A stretch of DNA of 64,000 bases from Rubricoccaceae bacterium (GTDB taxonomy: Bacteria > Bacteroidota > Rhodothermia > Rhodothermales > Rubricoccaceae): assembly GCA_963757585.1 (NCBI GenBank), contig CAVWRT010000003.1:5521-69520 (forward strand), in the 5' to 3' direction. Of this stretch, positions 63,661 to 64,000 are shown one piece after another. A model generated the notes under the pieces. It had not been told where the DNA came from. It was given only the letters and a program-made list of their open reading frames with translations, and searched no databases. The first letter of the stretch is position 1. Each line of letters starts with the position of its first letter. Position numbers and translations under genes: made by a program.

Positions 63661-64000
63661 AACGACACCTCGATGCCGAAGGCGGGCGTCAGGCCCAGCG
63701 TCTCGTGGAGCTCGACGGCCAGATCCGCCCGGAGCGGGCCCGACTGGACGCCGGCGCCGCCCGAAAACCGCACGGGCTCCGACGACACGCCCACGCGCAG
63801 CGCCAGCGCCGGCACCACGGTCACCTCGGCGCCCGCGCGCACCGACAGCCCGAAGTCGAGGTCTTGGTCGGCGTCGAGCACCAGCGTCGCCCTGTCGGAC
63901 GGCGCGTAGGCCAGCCCGACCGTCAGGCCCGGCACCGTCGCCGCCGACTGCCGCAGGTCCGACTCGTCGTCGCGGGCCAGCGCCAGCAGGTTGCGCCCGG
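63657..64000 (-). CDS. 3' part of an outer-membrane beta-barrel protein (PorV-like); continues beyond window
   Basis: LALRVGV...FSGGAG...HETLGLTPAFGIEVSF; TGA overlaps next start. Confidence 0.6.
   Translation of the reverse strand, partial: GRNLLALARDDESDLRQSAATVPGLTVGLAYAPSDRATLVLDADQDLDFGLSVRAGAEVTVVPALALRVGVSSEPVRFSGGAGVQSGPLRADLAVELHETLGLTPAFGIEVSF

Overview
High-GC (~70%) bacterial window, most likely Rhodothermota (Rubrivirga-like; inferred from T9SS components and cargo, secY-map-infA gene order and SD-less starts). The centre (17.7-39.9 kb) is the complete str-S10-spc-alpha ribosomal cluster. It is flanked by housekeeping genes (feoB, gnd, zwf, apt, ridA, SprE-like T9SS lipoprotein, ftsH, rel, HU, ruvX, def, S9 peptidase, mdh, alkaline phosphatase, DnaQ-UvrC fusion, ABC exporter, HhH/beta-barrel protein), one intact IS5-family element and a small two-gene island. 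Strongest signals: (1) a 9-11 bp motif (GC)CCGCCTCGG/CCGAGGCGG(GC) in most intergenic spacers, often as inverted pairs with variable loops, also inside ORFs and as the core of 15-bp coding tandem repeats, resembling a DNA-uptake-sequence/HIP1/REP-type signature; (2) ribosomal protein uL16 fused to an acidic helix-hairpin-helix domain, plus long tails on several other r-proteins; (3) a lipoprotein ending in a JAB/MPN-like domain followed by a small secreted protein (candidate toxin-immunity pair); (4) a GAF-PAS-HisKA protein with a degenerate ATP-binding domain; (5) a 43-aa Lys-rich ORF missing from the ORF track; (6) TAnnTT promoter hexamers suggesting several leaderless mRNAs. All counts were made by eye and no database searches were run.
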